A DNA stretch of 64,000 nucleotides from Octopus sinensis (taxonomy: Eukaryota). Within the stretch, counting starts at the first letter, position 1; the number at the start of each line of letters is the position of its first letter. The position numbers were made by a program, and so were the translations under genes. The DNA is taken from contig NC_043006.1 of the NCBI RefSeq assembly GCF_006345805.1, forward strand, positions 26,784,001 to 26,848,000, given 5' to 3'. The notes under the pieces are model-generated. The model did no database searches. It worked only from the letters and a program-made list of their open reading frames with translations, and had not been told where the DNA came from. Shown piece after piece: positions 12,236 through 25,377 of the stretch.

Positions 12236-13980
12236 TGGCTTGGCTTGGCTTGGCTTCACGAACAAAGATCAGGATGGCTGTCCACGTCGCATGCATGCAC
12301 GCTCATGACTGACAAGTCTGATATGGGAAAGGCAGGTCTGTGAGCAGTGTCCACAGACAAAGGTAACATCCGGTGTAGTGTCAGAAGCGGCTCGTGTCTT
12401 CCTCCTGCGTCTCTTGTCTTTAAGTGCGTCTCTTCTTTGTTCCTCAAACTTGCTGACTGCGTTGAAGTTCGTGTGGCACCAGACATCACGATCCACAGCC
12501 AGATCTGATCAGCATTGGTGGTCAATATGACATGCTGTTAGAGACTTCTTGAGGCAGTCTTTGTAGTGCTTCCTCGGATCTCCTCTCACACGGTGGCCGG
12601 TGGAGAGTTTGCCAAACAGGACAATCTTAGGAAGGCGATGGTTCTCCATTCTGGAGACATGCCTTGCCCATCGGAGGTGGGACTTCAGTAGCATGGCTTC
12701 AATGCTGGGGATCTCGGCACGCTCCAAGACTTCAATGTTTGTGATGAAGTCACACCAGTGTATGTTGAGAATGGTGTGGAGACATCATTGGTGGAAGCGC
12801 TCGAGGAGACGGATGTGACTGTGATAAGTAATTCAGGTCTCTGAGCCATAGAGAAGAGTGGTGAGAACCACAGCCCTGTAGACACTGATCTTTGCTTTTT
12901 CTTCAGGTTATTATTGTGCCAAACACGTTTGTACAATCTGCCAAAGGACCTATTTGCCTTAAAGAGTCTATTTTCAATTTCTTTGTCGATCCTTGCATCG
13001 AATGAGATGATGTAGCCCAGGTATGTAAACTGCTAAGTTAATTTCAGTTCGGTACCGCAGATAGTGATGTGTGGTGGGCGGTATTCCTCTTGGTGTGTAG
13101 GTTGGTGAAGTACCTCTGTCTTCTTGAGGCTGACCTCCAGGCCAAAGAGCCGCGAGGCGTCTGCAAAGCAGGACGTGATGCGCTGCAAAGCTCGCTCTGT
13201 GTGGGCGACAAGGACAGTGTCGTCTGCGAAGAGGTCTTGGATCAGCCTCTCCTGTGTCTTGGTGTGGGCTTGGAAGTGCCGTAGATTGAAGACGCTGCCA
13301 TCCAGACAATACCTAACATACACCACATCCTCATCCTCCATATCAGTTGCATGCTTGATCATCATGCTGAAGAAGATGCTGAAAAGACACAACCCTGCTT
13401 CATGCCGTTGGAGATGGGGAAGGGCTCCAATAGGTCACCATTGAGTCTGATCTGACCACGCTGATTCTCGTGCAGCTGGATCACCATCTGTAGAAACTTG
13501 GTGGGACAGCCAAGCTGTTCCAGGATGAGCCATAGTCCTGTCCTGCTCACTGTGTCAAATGCTTTTGTGAGGTCGACAAAAATAACCTATACTCTATAGT
13601 CCCGTTTTGTTCTCGGCACTTCTCCTGGAGTTGGCGGAGGACGAACACCATATCCACACTGGCTCTCGGGGAGGTTTTCTTCAGCGATGGTTGGTACTGG
13701 CCTATTGAGCAGGATCCTGGCAAGTACTTTGCCAGTGATGGAGAGTAGGGTGATTCCCCAGTAGTTGGAGCAGTCAGACTTTTCACCCTTGTTCTTGTAC
13801 AGGGTTATGATGACGGCATCGCGAAGATCCTGTGGCAGCTTGCTCTGCTCCCAGCAGCAGACAAGAAAATCATGGAGCTTGTCATGGAGCATCGGACCTC
13901 CATTCTTCCAGATATCTGGTGGGATGCCGTCAACTCCTGCTGCTTTGCGACTCTTGAGTTGTCCTATGGCTTCACATACA
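12236..13980 (-). mobile_element. RTE-1/BovB-like LINE, degenerate RT and C-terminal region
   Basis: KAAGVDGIPPDIWKNGG, IITLYKNKGEKSDCSNYWGITLLS, PFPISNGMKQGC, LFADDTVLVAHTE and GLEVSLKKTEVLHQP. C-terminal CGHCSQTC..HIRL..H knuckle and an (AAGCC)n tail. Confidence 0.92.
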
Positions 13981-14785
13981 TACATAACAACACCTGTCTG
14001 TCTGTTTTTGCTTGTCAATCATTCAGTAAAAAGATGAAATTTTAAAATTCTGTTATCTCTCTCTTTCTCTCCCTCTCCCTCCCTCTCTTTACACCGTTGC
14101 TAGAAGGGGACTTAACTCATGTTTGTATAAACAATGGTGGATTTCTCCACTGTGAAAATTGTTAAGTTATGGTCGAAAATTTACTTTTACCACTATTCGC
14201 TGGTGCCTTGGGGGAAAATAATTTGACAAAAATACAGCTAGGATCGTGATGAATGTCCTCCTAAAATTGGAGCAACATGCATGCTAATTTGTGGACATGC
14301 ATAATTTACATTCACGTACACACACACGCACACACATCATGCCTTTTATATATACAGATGTAATGTGTGATAATTATTCAGTTGCCATCATATATAATTT
14401 ATCTCTTATATAAAATCTGTTCTGTCTGTGTGTGTGTGTGTGTGTGTGGCTTCTCGGATCTCGGGTATCCTCCATCCGATTTGTGCTCAAATTTGATATG
14501 TAGATACCGACGGTATCAGGGTGTGTATAAGTCTTGAAAAAATTACAAAAGTCGATTCCAGGTGAGAATGCGATCAATAAAGCCGTGGGAAATCGTTTTT
14601 CTTTGGAATAGAAAAAAAGTCTATCTTTATTTCTTCTTTTGCTGGTGTCTTAAATTTAGGTTAAATGGGATGGTCGGACAAGTTGTTTTGAGAAAATTTG
14701 GTTTAAATGTTTGACAACTCAGCACCGTCCATTGGACGGGGGTGGTGGGGCATTTTGGTCATATATTATATGTATATATATACAT

Positions 14786-14820
<35 letters not shown>

Positions 14821-14889
14821 GATATATATATGTATATATACATATAATATATAAGTTATATATTATGGCAACTGAATAATTGTCACATA

Positions 14890-17320
14890 TTACATTTCTT
14901 CCACCCATTCCTGCAACAGTCCAACCCCAACCTCTGGTACTTCACTCTTTTCCTCTCTTGCATTTCTTCCATCACTCATCCTAGGCTCCCCAGAAACCAA
15001 GACAATATCTGGTCTCAGGGAGAGCTGGGTAATATGTGAAGGGAATTTCAATTGTTTCTCAAGGTCTAGTCTTATCAGCAAGTAACCCACAGTAGAAAGC
15101 AAATTAACTGATATCTTCTTGGATCTTTACTTTGGTCACCCTCCTTCTTTAGTAAAGACAATCTTCCTGACTGTAATATAAATATTTCTTCTGTTACTGA
15201 TCCTTTTGCTGATTGTCTCAGTGATGGTATTGAAATTCTGGATGTCTCGTTGGATAGTGTTCCTCCTCACACAATACCTTGAAGCAGCTGCCTTGCTTCA
15301 AGGGATCCTGCCTTAGAATATGTCTCATGCAAATCTTTGTACTATGCCCTATCTATGTAGGGCATAGTTCTATATCTTCTCCAACAGATCCAACCTATGT
15401 AAATAGGTTGGATATGCTAGAGAAGATAATATAAAATCCTGAATCAAAAACTTTATCCTTTTGAATTCTTTTTCCAGATGTGTTGTTGGATGACATTCAG
15501 CTCTATCATCTGCTCCCATTTCATCCAGAGACCCAGTTTATGCATTGTCACTGCTCTTTGCTTAGACACTTGCACCAGCTTCTGCCTCTCCTTCTAACTA
15601 GCTGTATCATATGTGGAACCTGTTGCACTCCTGAGTTCAGCCCAGCCCTTAGTGAAACTCCCAAGAAGAGCCTTGTGTTTCCACTGCTCCACTGTCTGCA
15701 GAAAAACTTCAGTTGCCTTGCACTTCCTCCATGTCCTCTGTACCAGACACTTTGGTATCCTCTGAACTGGTGTACTATAGGTGTTCCTGTACTTGTGTCA
15801 CTCTAAGCTTGTTACTACTCCTGTACGGCCAATATTGCTAAAGCTATATAGCAAGCTCAGCTCAAAATGGCTCCACACTACAGTGATGGGGACTTCATAA
15901 ATATGCAGAAACCAGAGGATTCAGGGAGGATCCTTTGTTGGTAGATCCAGATCTTGAATCTTCTTGAGAATTTAGACTTGTCTACAGCTCTCAACTAGCT
16001 CATTAGGTCAGCTCTGATTACTTTGTTGGAGTACGTATCCTTCAGACTGCTGCTGAAAACCTTCCTGAGACTTTTCATTGATTTTTCTTCAACAAACAGC
16101 ATCTACTTTAAACTAGAATTTAGTAATTTTCCTTTCTTCAAAACCATGCACTAAGACTTGAAACTCATTTGCATCCACACCACAAGCTTCCCTAATTCCT
16201 GGAGGATCTTGCTTCATATGCAATTGTCATTGTGAGGCCATTTATGAAGGCTCTACTGGATGGTTGCTCTATTTGCTAACTGGAGCCAGCACTCCTTCTT
16301 TGCTGCCTCTGCCAATGCAAAGGGACACCACAATGGTAACCCCAGTGATAATCCCCACTTCCAACTGGTGCCAGTCAGATGTCAGCTAGTGAAAGGAAAC
16401 CCTCAAACTGAACTAGTCAATGATGAATATTTTTTTGTCTACTGGTGTTTATGTTCAGTGCATTTTCCTCCAGTTTGTATGAACCATAGGTATTTGTCAG
16501 ATCTAGCCATAGTACAGTCAGGTCCCCTCTTTTTTTTGTTGCATTCTTCATGAGTAGGGCTACTACATTTGTGGGTTTAAAGCAACAAAGAACTCCTGAT
16601 ATACCTCCTTTCTGTACTAACGTGTCAATGTAATCCTTACTTAGAATGATGAATACCAATACCGAAGAAAATATTGTTCTCCATGCTGAGCAAGGGAAAG
16701 ATACAAAACTGGTTGATTTTTCTTGGGTCTCTTTCTCTCTCTCTTCTTGGATATATATATTCCCTCAGCATACCTCTATGGCTAGACACTCTTCCTTCTC
16801 TTCTCAATCAACTTCAGGGCCCTCAAAACCAATGGGGTAGCTTCGGGCAATTCTTTTAGACTTTATAAGATACACCATCTAAACCTGTTGCTGGGGTAGG
16901 TCTTACCACTTTTGTCACTTCTCTCAAGCAAAATTCCTTCAAATTGAATTCTGCCATTGGCTTGCATAATGTTATCAGCACATTGCATGGACCAACCCAA
17001 TGGTTGGCCTTTTCTGATGATACTCATATGTTCATTGATGGTGTCTTCGGAACATGTGAAGCACCCAGACCTCTTCTGAATGAGCAGTTTTGTAAACATA
17101 TTGAAATTAGCCAGGAAAGTAGTTCTCTTCTTGTCAATCTCATCCCCTCTTTCTATCTACCTCTTCCTCCCTCTCTGCTTTCTTCCATGATTGTCTACTC
17201 AGGTCAATTTCAGGAGCACCTTCCTAAGGGTTGCCCATGTATGTATATATTGTTACAGTACACGGTTCAAATCATGCTTCATCACGTGGTTTATATCCAA
17301 TATTCAGCAACAGTGATATG
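14890..17320 (-). mobile_element. Degenerate non-LTR retrotransposon of the restriction-like-endonuclease group (HERO/NeSL/R2-like)
   Basis: QKGGISG...KRGDLTVLWLDLTNTYGS RT segment and the C-terminal LRPDIVLVS (PD-type endonuclease motif). Heavily frameshifted. Confidence 0.7.
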
Positions 17321-17409
17321 TCCATGTAAGAATTGTACTAGTTTCAGTTCTGCTCTGTGTGTCAAGCAGTTTTCAAAAAGAAACAAAGATAATTCGTTTA
17401 TCAATTAGT

Positions 17410-19440
17410 TGTTTCTCTTGTAATCGGTAAACGTTTCAATTCTATGATGTAAGGGAGACAATCACAGGATTTATTGAGGTTATTTGCTCTTATATACTGT
17501 TACATGTACAGACAAATGGGGTAACTTCTTTTTCTACTGTTACACAGGAGAAAAAGAGGAGTTTTTAGTTCTGTAAGATATATTATGAAGAAGTGTCCTC
17601 GGGTATTTTGGTAATGAAAGGTTTACCATTTGCCTTTGGATTAATCCAGTGGTCACTAGAATTTTAACAGATATTTGTGAAAATTATAGCATCCTCCAAA
17701 GCATTGTATTCAAGTATTAAGATACTTTTTTGATGTTATTGTGTAGTATGTCTTCACTTCTTTTCTGTGTACAACTTGTTCCAAAAATATATTGGCTGGT
17801 TAGTATAGTCTGTGTGGTTACCTTTGAGTTTACAGACATATTTTGGTAGAACTGCTGACAAGCTTTTGTTTTTGTTTTTGAAGGAAGTAGTGTGATTTGC
17901 ACAGCATTGCTTGAAACTTCCATCAAATATTAAAAATCTTGGTTTCAGTGTGTAGGCATGATTCTTTTACTTTGTTCTTTAACTGTGAGTGTAGATTGTT
18001 ATTATGCATTTACTGTTGAGAGTACTACTATACGAGGTGCATTCCAAAAGTTTTGAGATGTAGATTATTGTAAGTTTTGTATGTCATTACAGTACATCTA
18101 ATAAGCTGACCTACCAATTTTTATTATTCTAGACTGAAGGAAACAGCTGTAACGATACTTTAAACACACCCTACTAATCACTGCTGACTAGTATGCAGAA
18201 TGCAGTCAGGATTTGAAGATAATTTAGAAGTTTGCTATGCAATAAAGTTTTGTGTTAAATTTGGCAAAACACTACAGACACTTATGAAATGCTCCAGACT
18301 GCTTATAGATTTAACTTGTATGGGCTGAGCATCTGCTTTATGCTGGCACAAGAAGCTAGACAAAGTAAGTCCACTGAGCAGCTCATGATGATCTTTTTCT
18401 TTTCGAAAGCAAGGAAGTTTTGAAGGTGTTGAGGAAGAGATTTCATCACAAAAGGTCAGAGATCTTCCACTCGGGTCAATAGCACCTACACTGGGACAAT
18501 GTACTACTCTACAATTCCATCACGGTAACCAACTACTTGACAGAGATGGACATCAGAAATGTCCCTCACCCTTCCTACAGTCCAGACCTTGCTCCCTGTG
18601 ACTTTTGGTTGATCCCCAAGCTGAAGATGAAGGAGGCTATTACAAGGGTTCTGGACACCCTAACTTTGGAGAACTTTCATGGGTCCTTCACAAAGAGGTT
18701 GGAGCACGACAAGTGTATTGAAATCAGCGGATCCTACTTTGAAGGAGATTTAGAGTTTTATTCTTTTACTTGTTTCAGTCATTTCACTGCCATGTTGGAG
18801 CACCGCCTTAAAATCAATGTTTCTCCTGAAAAACTCTCAAAACTTGTAGGTCACTTTCACGTAATTTGTACTTTAAACATAGTCCTGTAACTATGCTGAC
18901 TGGGAAAATGCTTATCTATCAACTTGAGAAATTCTTAGTCTTTACATTTAGAGAGAAGGGTGTGAGTGAAGAATACATATTCTGGTGTTTATTCTTGGGT
19001 CAAAGAGGTTGGTAAGTTAGGTGTCTAACTAATCTATGTATTGATGAATCCACTATTTGCTAAAGCATTATTGTAAGGTTCAGTTCAATCAAAGAACTTT
19101 TGACAATGGAGGTTTTTATTTGAATGTTTTTAACTAAGAGTTATATTTGAATGTTTTAGAAGTTTACTTTAGGGTTTGTCTGAATAAGTAAATCAAGGGT
19201 GATATCCAGAAAGTTAACCTGCGGAAAGTACTAATCAGTTCTTTTTTCTAAACCTATATCAGATACGGATATTGACATGGGTAGTTACAGCTAGACCATC
19301 ATCCCAGTTTATACCAATGTAATGGTTACTAAATTTGAGAATGTTTACAACTGTATCTTCATTAGTTTAGGTAACATCAAAAGTTTTCTATTCATTACAC
19401 AACAGTGGTAAAACTGACAACCATCTTAATACTTCGAACC
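17410..19440 (-). mobile_element. Degenerate Penelope-like element (RT plus GIY-YIG), interrupted by a mariner and a SINE fragment
   Basis: Minus-strand FDVT (19381-19370), IGINWDDGLA (decayed YRDDG, 19318-19289), VNFLDITLD (~19217-19191), YNNALANSGF, and GIY-YIG-like DGSFKQCCANHTTSFKNKNKSLSAVLPKYVCKLK (~17925-17825). Confidence 0.78.
18033..18760 (+). mobile_element. Mariner transposon remnant nested in the Penelope-like element
   Basis: TA followed by a CGAGGTGCATTCCAAAAG TIR-like end. Transposase motif VPHPSYSPDLAPCDFWLIPKLK. Confidence 0.85.
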
Positions 19441-19699
19441 TTTGTACTGTAATAATATATATATGCACTCAACAAACATACTGAGTTTTCTATTTATTCT
19501 ATGCTATTACAATCTGCTACAGTATTTTGCATAGACACAGCTATACAATAACAGGATGGCTGGTGAGACACCAAATGTACTAGGGCCTACTCCACAAAAA
19601 AAAAAAAAAAAAAAAAAACCAACAGCAAAAATACTTAGATTATTCAGTTAAGAATATCCCAAACCCATTAAATATCATTTGCTCTTAGGACAGTGGTTG

Positions 19700-21540
19700 G
19701 TGAGGTCAGAAAGATTACCCTTCTAGAGAATGGGACACACTGATTGAATGTTTATAGATTTAAAGACAGATTGTTGTAGAAAGAAAAAACTTGAAAACTT
19801 AGTGGTGCTCTCTGAGGTGTACTGTTTGAGTACAATGGAAGGGATTTTGTTATGACCTTGTTGGTTTCTGTACTTAGTATACATGTGTACTTGATGAAGA
19901 AAGTTGTAGAATGAAGAAGTAAAATTTTGATAGAGTTGTACTTATATGTGTGCAATGTAAAGTTGTATATGCAGTTGGTAGTAAACATGGGAACTGTCTT
20001 TGCAAGAATACTACCTACAGAGCAATGATTTTGAAGAGTGGTAGATAGGGGGATTTAGCAATGTTAGAAGAGATCCTTTTGGCAAATGACAAGGATAAGC
20101 TGCAATTTTGAAGGCTTGAAAACTATGTAATGCATAAAACTATTTAATGCTTCATGAATGGTAGTCTTGCATAAGTTGCAGTAGTAGGTAGAAGCTACTC
20201 AAAAAGTAAAGATGGGTGATTTTAGCAAAACTGCAGAATATTTGCTGAAATGTTAAAGGCTTTAGATGGAATTCCTATTAAACAAGCTACTTACTTATTT
20301 AATCAAGTCTATGAAGAAAGGTATCTCCAGTAATTGGTATCTACTATTACAAATAGAAAGATGCACTAAATGCAGTAACATTAAAGAATTCTTAAGTTAA
20401 CAGTTCAAAGAATCGGTGCAAAGTTAATGCAAGACTGAGTTAGATTTGATCAGATATATTTCAGGTTCGTACCAGGACATGGAAATACATTTTAAGATGT
20501 TTCTGGTGAGAAAACTTAAAGAGAAAAGTTCTTCATCCATTACAAGCAATGATACCTAGCATCTGTTAACATGAATAACAGTCCACTGTTCTACAATGTA
20601 ACAGATACAAAGAAGGTAATCTGTGGATGAACAGCCAGTGAGAAAATTCAGCATTCAGTCAGAATTGATAATGAATCCAGTAATTTTTCAAACAGGTTCA
20701 TATGGATTGTTTTTTTTTATATATAATCCTTGACATCACATAGTACTTCAAGCTAGAAATACTAGGGAGCTTCTATGTAGCCAATAACTTCGCTCACATT
20801 ATAGAATCTGTTAAAAAATTGTTGGAAAAGCTTGAAACTTGAAAGAATGTCTATTGGAACCTTCCAGATATGTTACTCACTTATGAGTTTCATTCATATG
20901 TCATCAGTTTGATCTCAAATTGGCCTATTGCAGGCTCTCAAATCTGACACATTATTGATTCAAGCATACCCTCAAGGTTTGCATATGAAAAACCGACACA
21001 AAAGCAGGCCTTTAGCACAAGAGTAATTACCAAGAGATCCAGCCTTGAAATGAAAGCAAATTACCTATGATGCAATTAGAGCTGGAGATGGTTTTGGTGA
21101 GATTGTGAAAACAAAAACAATAGAAAGGATATTTAAAGCTTTGTTATTTCTTCAGGGACTAATGAGTTTTTCCTCTTGGTGGCAAGAGATGGAGATATAC
21201 AGCAACTGGAGAGAAAAGATGTAGAAATAAAGAACACTGATAATCTACCATACAGGTCAAGTACAAATGAGTCGAGGAAGAAGCTAAGGTATCAAAAGCA
21301 TTGATCAGTGTGCAGGAAAGACAGCTGTGAATATGTAATGTAGTTGGGTGACACATACTAGTTGAAAAACTGTTATCAGTTGATGGTGAAGCACATCTGT
21401 AGTGAAAAAGACCAAGAAAAATATGGGAAGAAATGATAAGGTGAAATTTGTGAAAGTTGGGCCCTTTAATGAAATAAAGCATGACTGAGTAAATGATGAC
21501 ATGCTACATTGCAGACTTGTCCAGCTAATATGAGAAAACA
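19700..21540 (+). mobile_element. Highly decayed LINE (RTE-like) remnant
   Basis: Scattered RT-like fragments (for example ttcaggttcgtaccagg, resembling FGFVPG) and a less AT-rich composition. No long ORF. Confidence 0.4.
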
Positions 21541-22169
21541 GATGTTAAAATGCTGACAGTAGTGAAACAATTGGAGAAAATAAATTTGATGGAGTATGAC
21601 CTGTGAGAATGAAAAATTCTAAAGAATGTTGTGCTGGCCTTCAACAGAAAAATAGCCTTATAAAAGAATTATTCAAGCTATCTTTTCTTACAACCATACT
21701 TCTTTGTATTTTAGTTTGAACAATGAAGAAATTATATGAAAAACAGTGCAATAACTGAGAAAATGGCTACAGCAAAACACAGAACTGAGATGAACTTTGT
21801 CATCGCTTCTGCTTCTAATACTGTTCCAGCTATCTCATTGTATCACATTTCATACACGCTATTGAAAATACATATTATTATTTAAGCCTTCCTTCTCAAA
21901 AAATACATCCTTCCAAATTCTTTCTTGCAAGCATCAAGAACATTAATCATACAAAATCTTACATTTCTCAGTTTAGGAGGGCATTAAAAGTGAAACTATC
22001 AGACTAACAATTTAAAAACATAACGCTTGGTAGAAAAAACATTTTAAAGCTGAATTTTGGCTGAATGTAAAGCAAAACACTACTAGAGACCCATCAGAAA
22101 CAAATACAGTAAACAAATAGAAACCAAACCCGAATATGACAGTCCAGAAAACAATTTGAAACACTTGGT

Positions 22170-22360
22170 ACCTCAGCTTGGAGAGTTTCAGAGCTTTATC
22201 ATTCAATCCGGTCAACTCTGACTAGCTTAAAAGTAATATTTGTTCAAACCGGCGTAACTGAGCATAATCAACATATATCTAAGTGAAAAATCCATGTCAG
22301 TTTTTCTCTCATCTTTCTTACTGGAATAGCTGACATCTGTTATCAAACTTCCGCCGAAGA
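22170..22360 (-). promoter_or_regulatory. Candidate CUL2 promoter and non-coding first exon(s)
   Basis: Local CpG enrichment. ETS-type GGCGGAAGT on the minus strand (22355-22347). Donor-like CCA|GTAAGA at 22321 and GAG|GTACC at 22171. Confidence 0.5.
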
Positions 22361-24129
22361 ATTTTATATCGAAAATCTACTCCCTAAATAATAAATAAAT
22401 CATAGAAATTAAAAACTTTATCGTAATAAGTTAAACATATTTTCTAAAATGATAATGTTTTGTGTTGTCAGTTATATATATTACACACACATTATATTCA
22501 TAGACGTTCTTTTCCCAAATATTTATATTCAACAAGAATTTTCTTCATTTAAATTCTAAATTATCATATGTTTTAAAACCATTACAAGAGAACATACGTG
22601 TACGAAAATAAATATCAATAACATATTGTACCCTTCTTCGCAAAAACTGGCCTGTTACAAAATAATCTGAGGGAGCCCTAACGTGGTATTTCGATCTGCT
22701 AGAAACAGCCGTGAAATACCCCTACCGTCTTAAAGCACATACACACATTGGATAATATAGTCGTGACTCTAATGTCTACACTAAAAAAAAAAAAATTATT
22801 AGATAATCACGACTGGAACGCCTTTGATTATAAGGTCTGCTGAATCAGGACGACGGGAATTTAATAGTGGAAACAAAAACGTGTTTCAAAGGGGGAAATC
22901 TAAATAGAATTGAGTCGAAGCAGAATTAGATGGAGAAAGAAACAGTTTGACAGCGTTTGGGAGAATGTGTTGAAGATCGGCTTTTGAAAAGCAACAACTA
23001 GATTACAGATGATAAATAAGCGATGGTTGTAAAGATAGTTAAAATAACTGGTTATGGACACCGAAATGATATTTTTTATTAAGATAACCGTCTATAATTT
23101 TACCTTTAAGGGAATGGTTGTATAATTAAATTAAGGTGAAGCGATAGACAGGCTAAAACAATCTCTAAAAAAATATTGTTCGCTATAAACAATTACAAAA
23201 AAAAAATCTGTAGTTATCACTAAAATAGTTATTCGGAGTATCAATTTCACATCGGTAAAAAAAACTCAAGCGGTGAAGAACTTAAAAGAACCATCTAAAT
23301 AAAAGCACTTCTTAACATGAAATATACAAGTAAAAAGATTACGAAACAAAATGCAAATAGTTGATAAACACATAAGATGAAGCTAAATTAAAATATATTT
23401 ACTTAGCAAAGAGATTTGTGAATCTGTGTTGCAAGACACCTTATGTGAACTCGTGTGTCGAAACAGATATTGTTGCATTTACCTAAACAAAAGGACATAT
23501 CTTAATATGAGAAAAATTGAAGATGAAATGCTTGACAGTAATGTCTTTCACAAAAATAATGATCACCTTTAATCAATCAACTATATTCTGGTATAATCGA
23601 AATTAATTATAATACTGAAATCTAACGGGGAAAGTCGAGACTTAATTAAAATTAGGGTGGAATTAATCTTTGTAAACTGAGAAATAATTAACCATAGATT
23701 CTAGTAAACAGAGAAATGATCTATTACGGAAAAACTTAAATTTAAATTTAATCATCGGATTAAAATAGTTATTTTACATATTCTCCGAAAACTCATAATG
23801 ATGAATTGACAAGTAGACCCGCATTTTATGATCACGTGCTAAGTTTTCGGTATAGGCAACTTGGTTGGAGAGCCAGCATCAAAAACCCTAGATAGGTGTG
23901 GTTCTGGATAATAACTGTTGCAGATGTATTTGGAATGGATTCATAGTGATAACAGTACCCCCAATGTCTTAGCAGGGCGGAAGCTGAATTGTAATACCCC
24001 CTCCCCATCCTCATGTCTTATACTACAAATAATCAATTGCAATGAAACTATTTTCCTGCTCCTCACGGCAGAGTACTTATACGATATAATCAATAAAAAT
24101 ATTTCCTCACCTGAGACTCTACTGAGGGT

Positions 24130-24310
24130 CGAAGGTGTGAGAGAAGCGATGTCGACAACTCGAAAGTTAAGGTAACGACGGTAAACCCGACCACTTACAG
24201 GCGTTCAACGCCATATTACTTAACGTTTGTGTCGGCGAGATGTAGTGAGATCTCGATTATCATCACCATGGAAGATTGGGAACGGTGCCACGCGATCTTT
24301 GTCAGCCACA
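24130..24310. promoter_or_regulatory. Second CpG-rich promoter-like patch with candidate first exons on both strands
   Basis: YY1-type CGCCATATT (24209-24217) overlapping the minus-strand ATGGCG. Minus donor CCT|GTAAGT (~24198) and plus donor AAG|GTAACG (~24171). Confidence 0.45.
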
Positions 24311-24934
24311 ACTACTGACACCCTATATAGGAAAAATCAAAATTAAAGAGATTTCAATATTTTGTTTTTGTTTTTACAAATACTTTATAATGAAAACCAT
24401 TAAAATTTTCGCGAAATTTTTTAAAGGGAAAATATCTGATGATTTATCAGGTTGTTAAAGATCGAAAGAAAAAATTTACTTCTACAGAGATTTTTAAATG
24501 TTAATAAATTGAGATTTGATGTAACTATGGTAACCTTCGAATAATATTAGGGGATTCCTCTACGACAGGTTACAGGTAAGCCTATAACCATTAATACTTT
24601 ATTGAAGTAGAAGATCGTAGCATGATTGTCCCACTACTTCATCAAGATAACTGACTATTCAATATACTATAATCTGTTTTAACCATGTCAACACAATTTC
24701 AGATTCAGGTAAGAGGTTAGAAAGATGTCAACTTGATACTCAGTTCTTTGATTTATCACCAGCCTTTAATAAGTTTTCAAAAAATTTAAGGACGAATTGA
24801 TGCTGTTTTTAGAAAGTCAATCATTATGGGGTTGTCTTTTTCCCAAATATCAGTTATATGTCTGATACATGGAAGAAATATGCCCAGTAAATGTAAGATA
24901 TGAACATATAATAATAATAATCTTTTCTTATTTT

Positions 24935-25140
24935 GGCACAAGGCCAGCAAATTTGAGAGGTTGAGTAAGTCAATGGCATTGACCCCCATGCTCAAATGGT
25001 ACTTATTTTATTGACCCTGAAAGGATAAAAGGCAAAACTTACTTTTAGCAACATTTAAACTCAGAATGTGAAGTCAGAAGAAATGCCACTAAGGATTTTG
25101 TATGGTGCAGTAATGATTCTGCCAACTCACCATCTTATGA
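24935..25140 (-). mobile_element. SINE (third family), degenerate
   Basis: Reverse-complement similarity to 29690-29875 (ttctgagtt(c/t)aaat...ctt(t/c)atcctttc..ggtc). Confidence 0.65.
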
Positions 25141-25377
25141 ACATATAATAATAATAATAAATTGGATACAGATGTGCAAGATAACATTCCCTGGATGAGC
25201 TCTAGATGCATTAACAGTAATTTGATCTGCAGTCATTAGATGTTTTGTATCTTTCAGCATCAGACACCCTCATCCAGGCAACCCAGCCAAGTTTAATCAG
25301 ATTGACACATGCACACTAATGAAAGTGTGATTCTGTACTGTGATATCATCAAACAATATAAACATGCATATATAAAC

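Noticed and set aside
17425-17470. Hammerhead-like motif at the Penelope 3' end as a functional ribozyme
   Set aside because: The core has a deletion (CTGTGA), stem II is unpaired and there is no valid cleavage triplet in register. Treated as a fossil only.
19596-19618. A-run of about 23 nt as the tail of a processed pseudogene
   Set aside because: No upstream ORF, no canonical polyadenylation signal and no TSD found.
24147-24712. Plus-strand micro-exons MSTTRKLR, GFLYDRLQ and MSTQFQIQ with good donors
   Set aside because: No downstream exon giving a sustained or recognisable reading frame could be found, so they are too weak to call as CDS.
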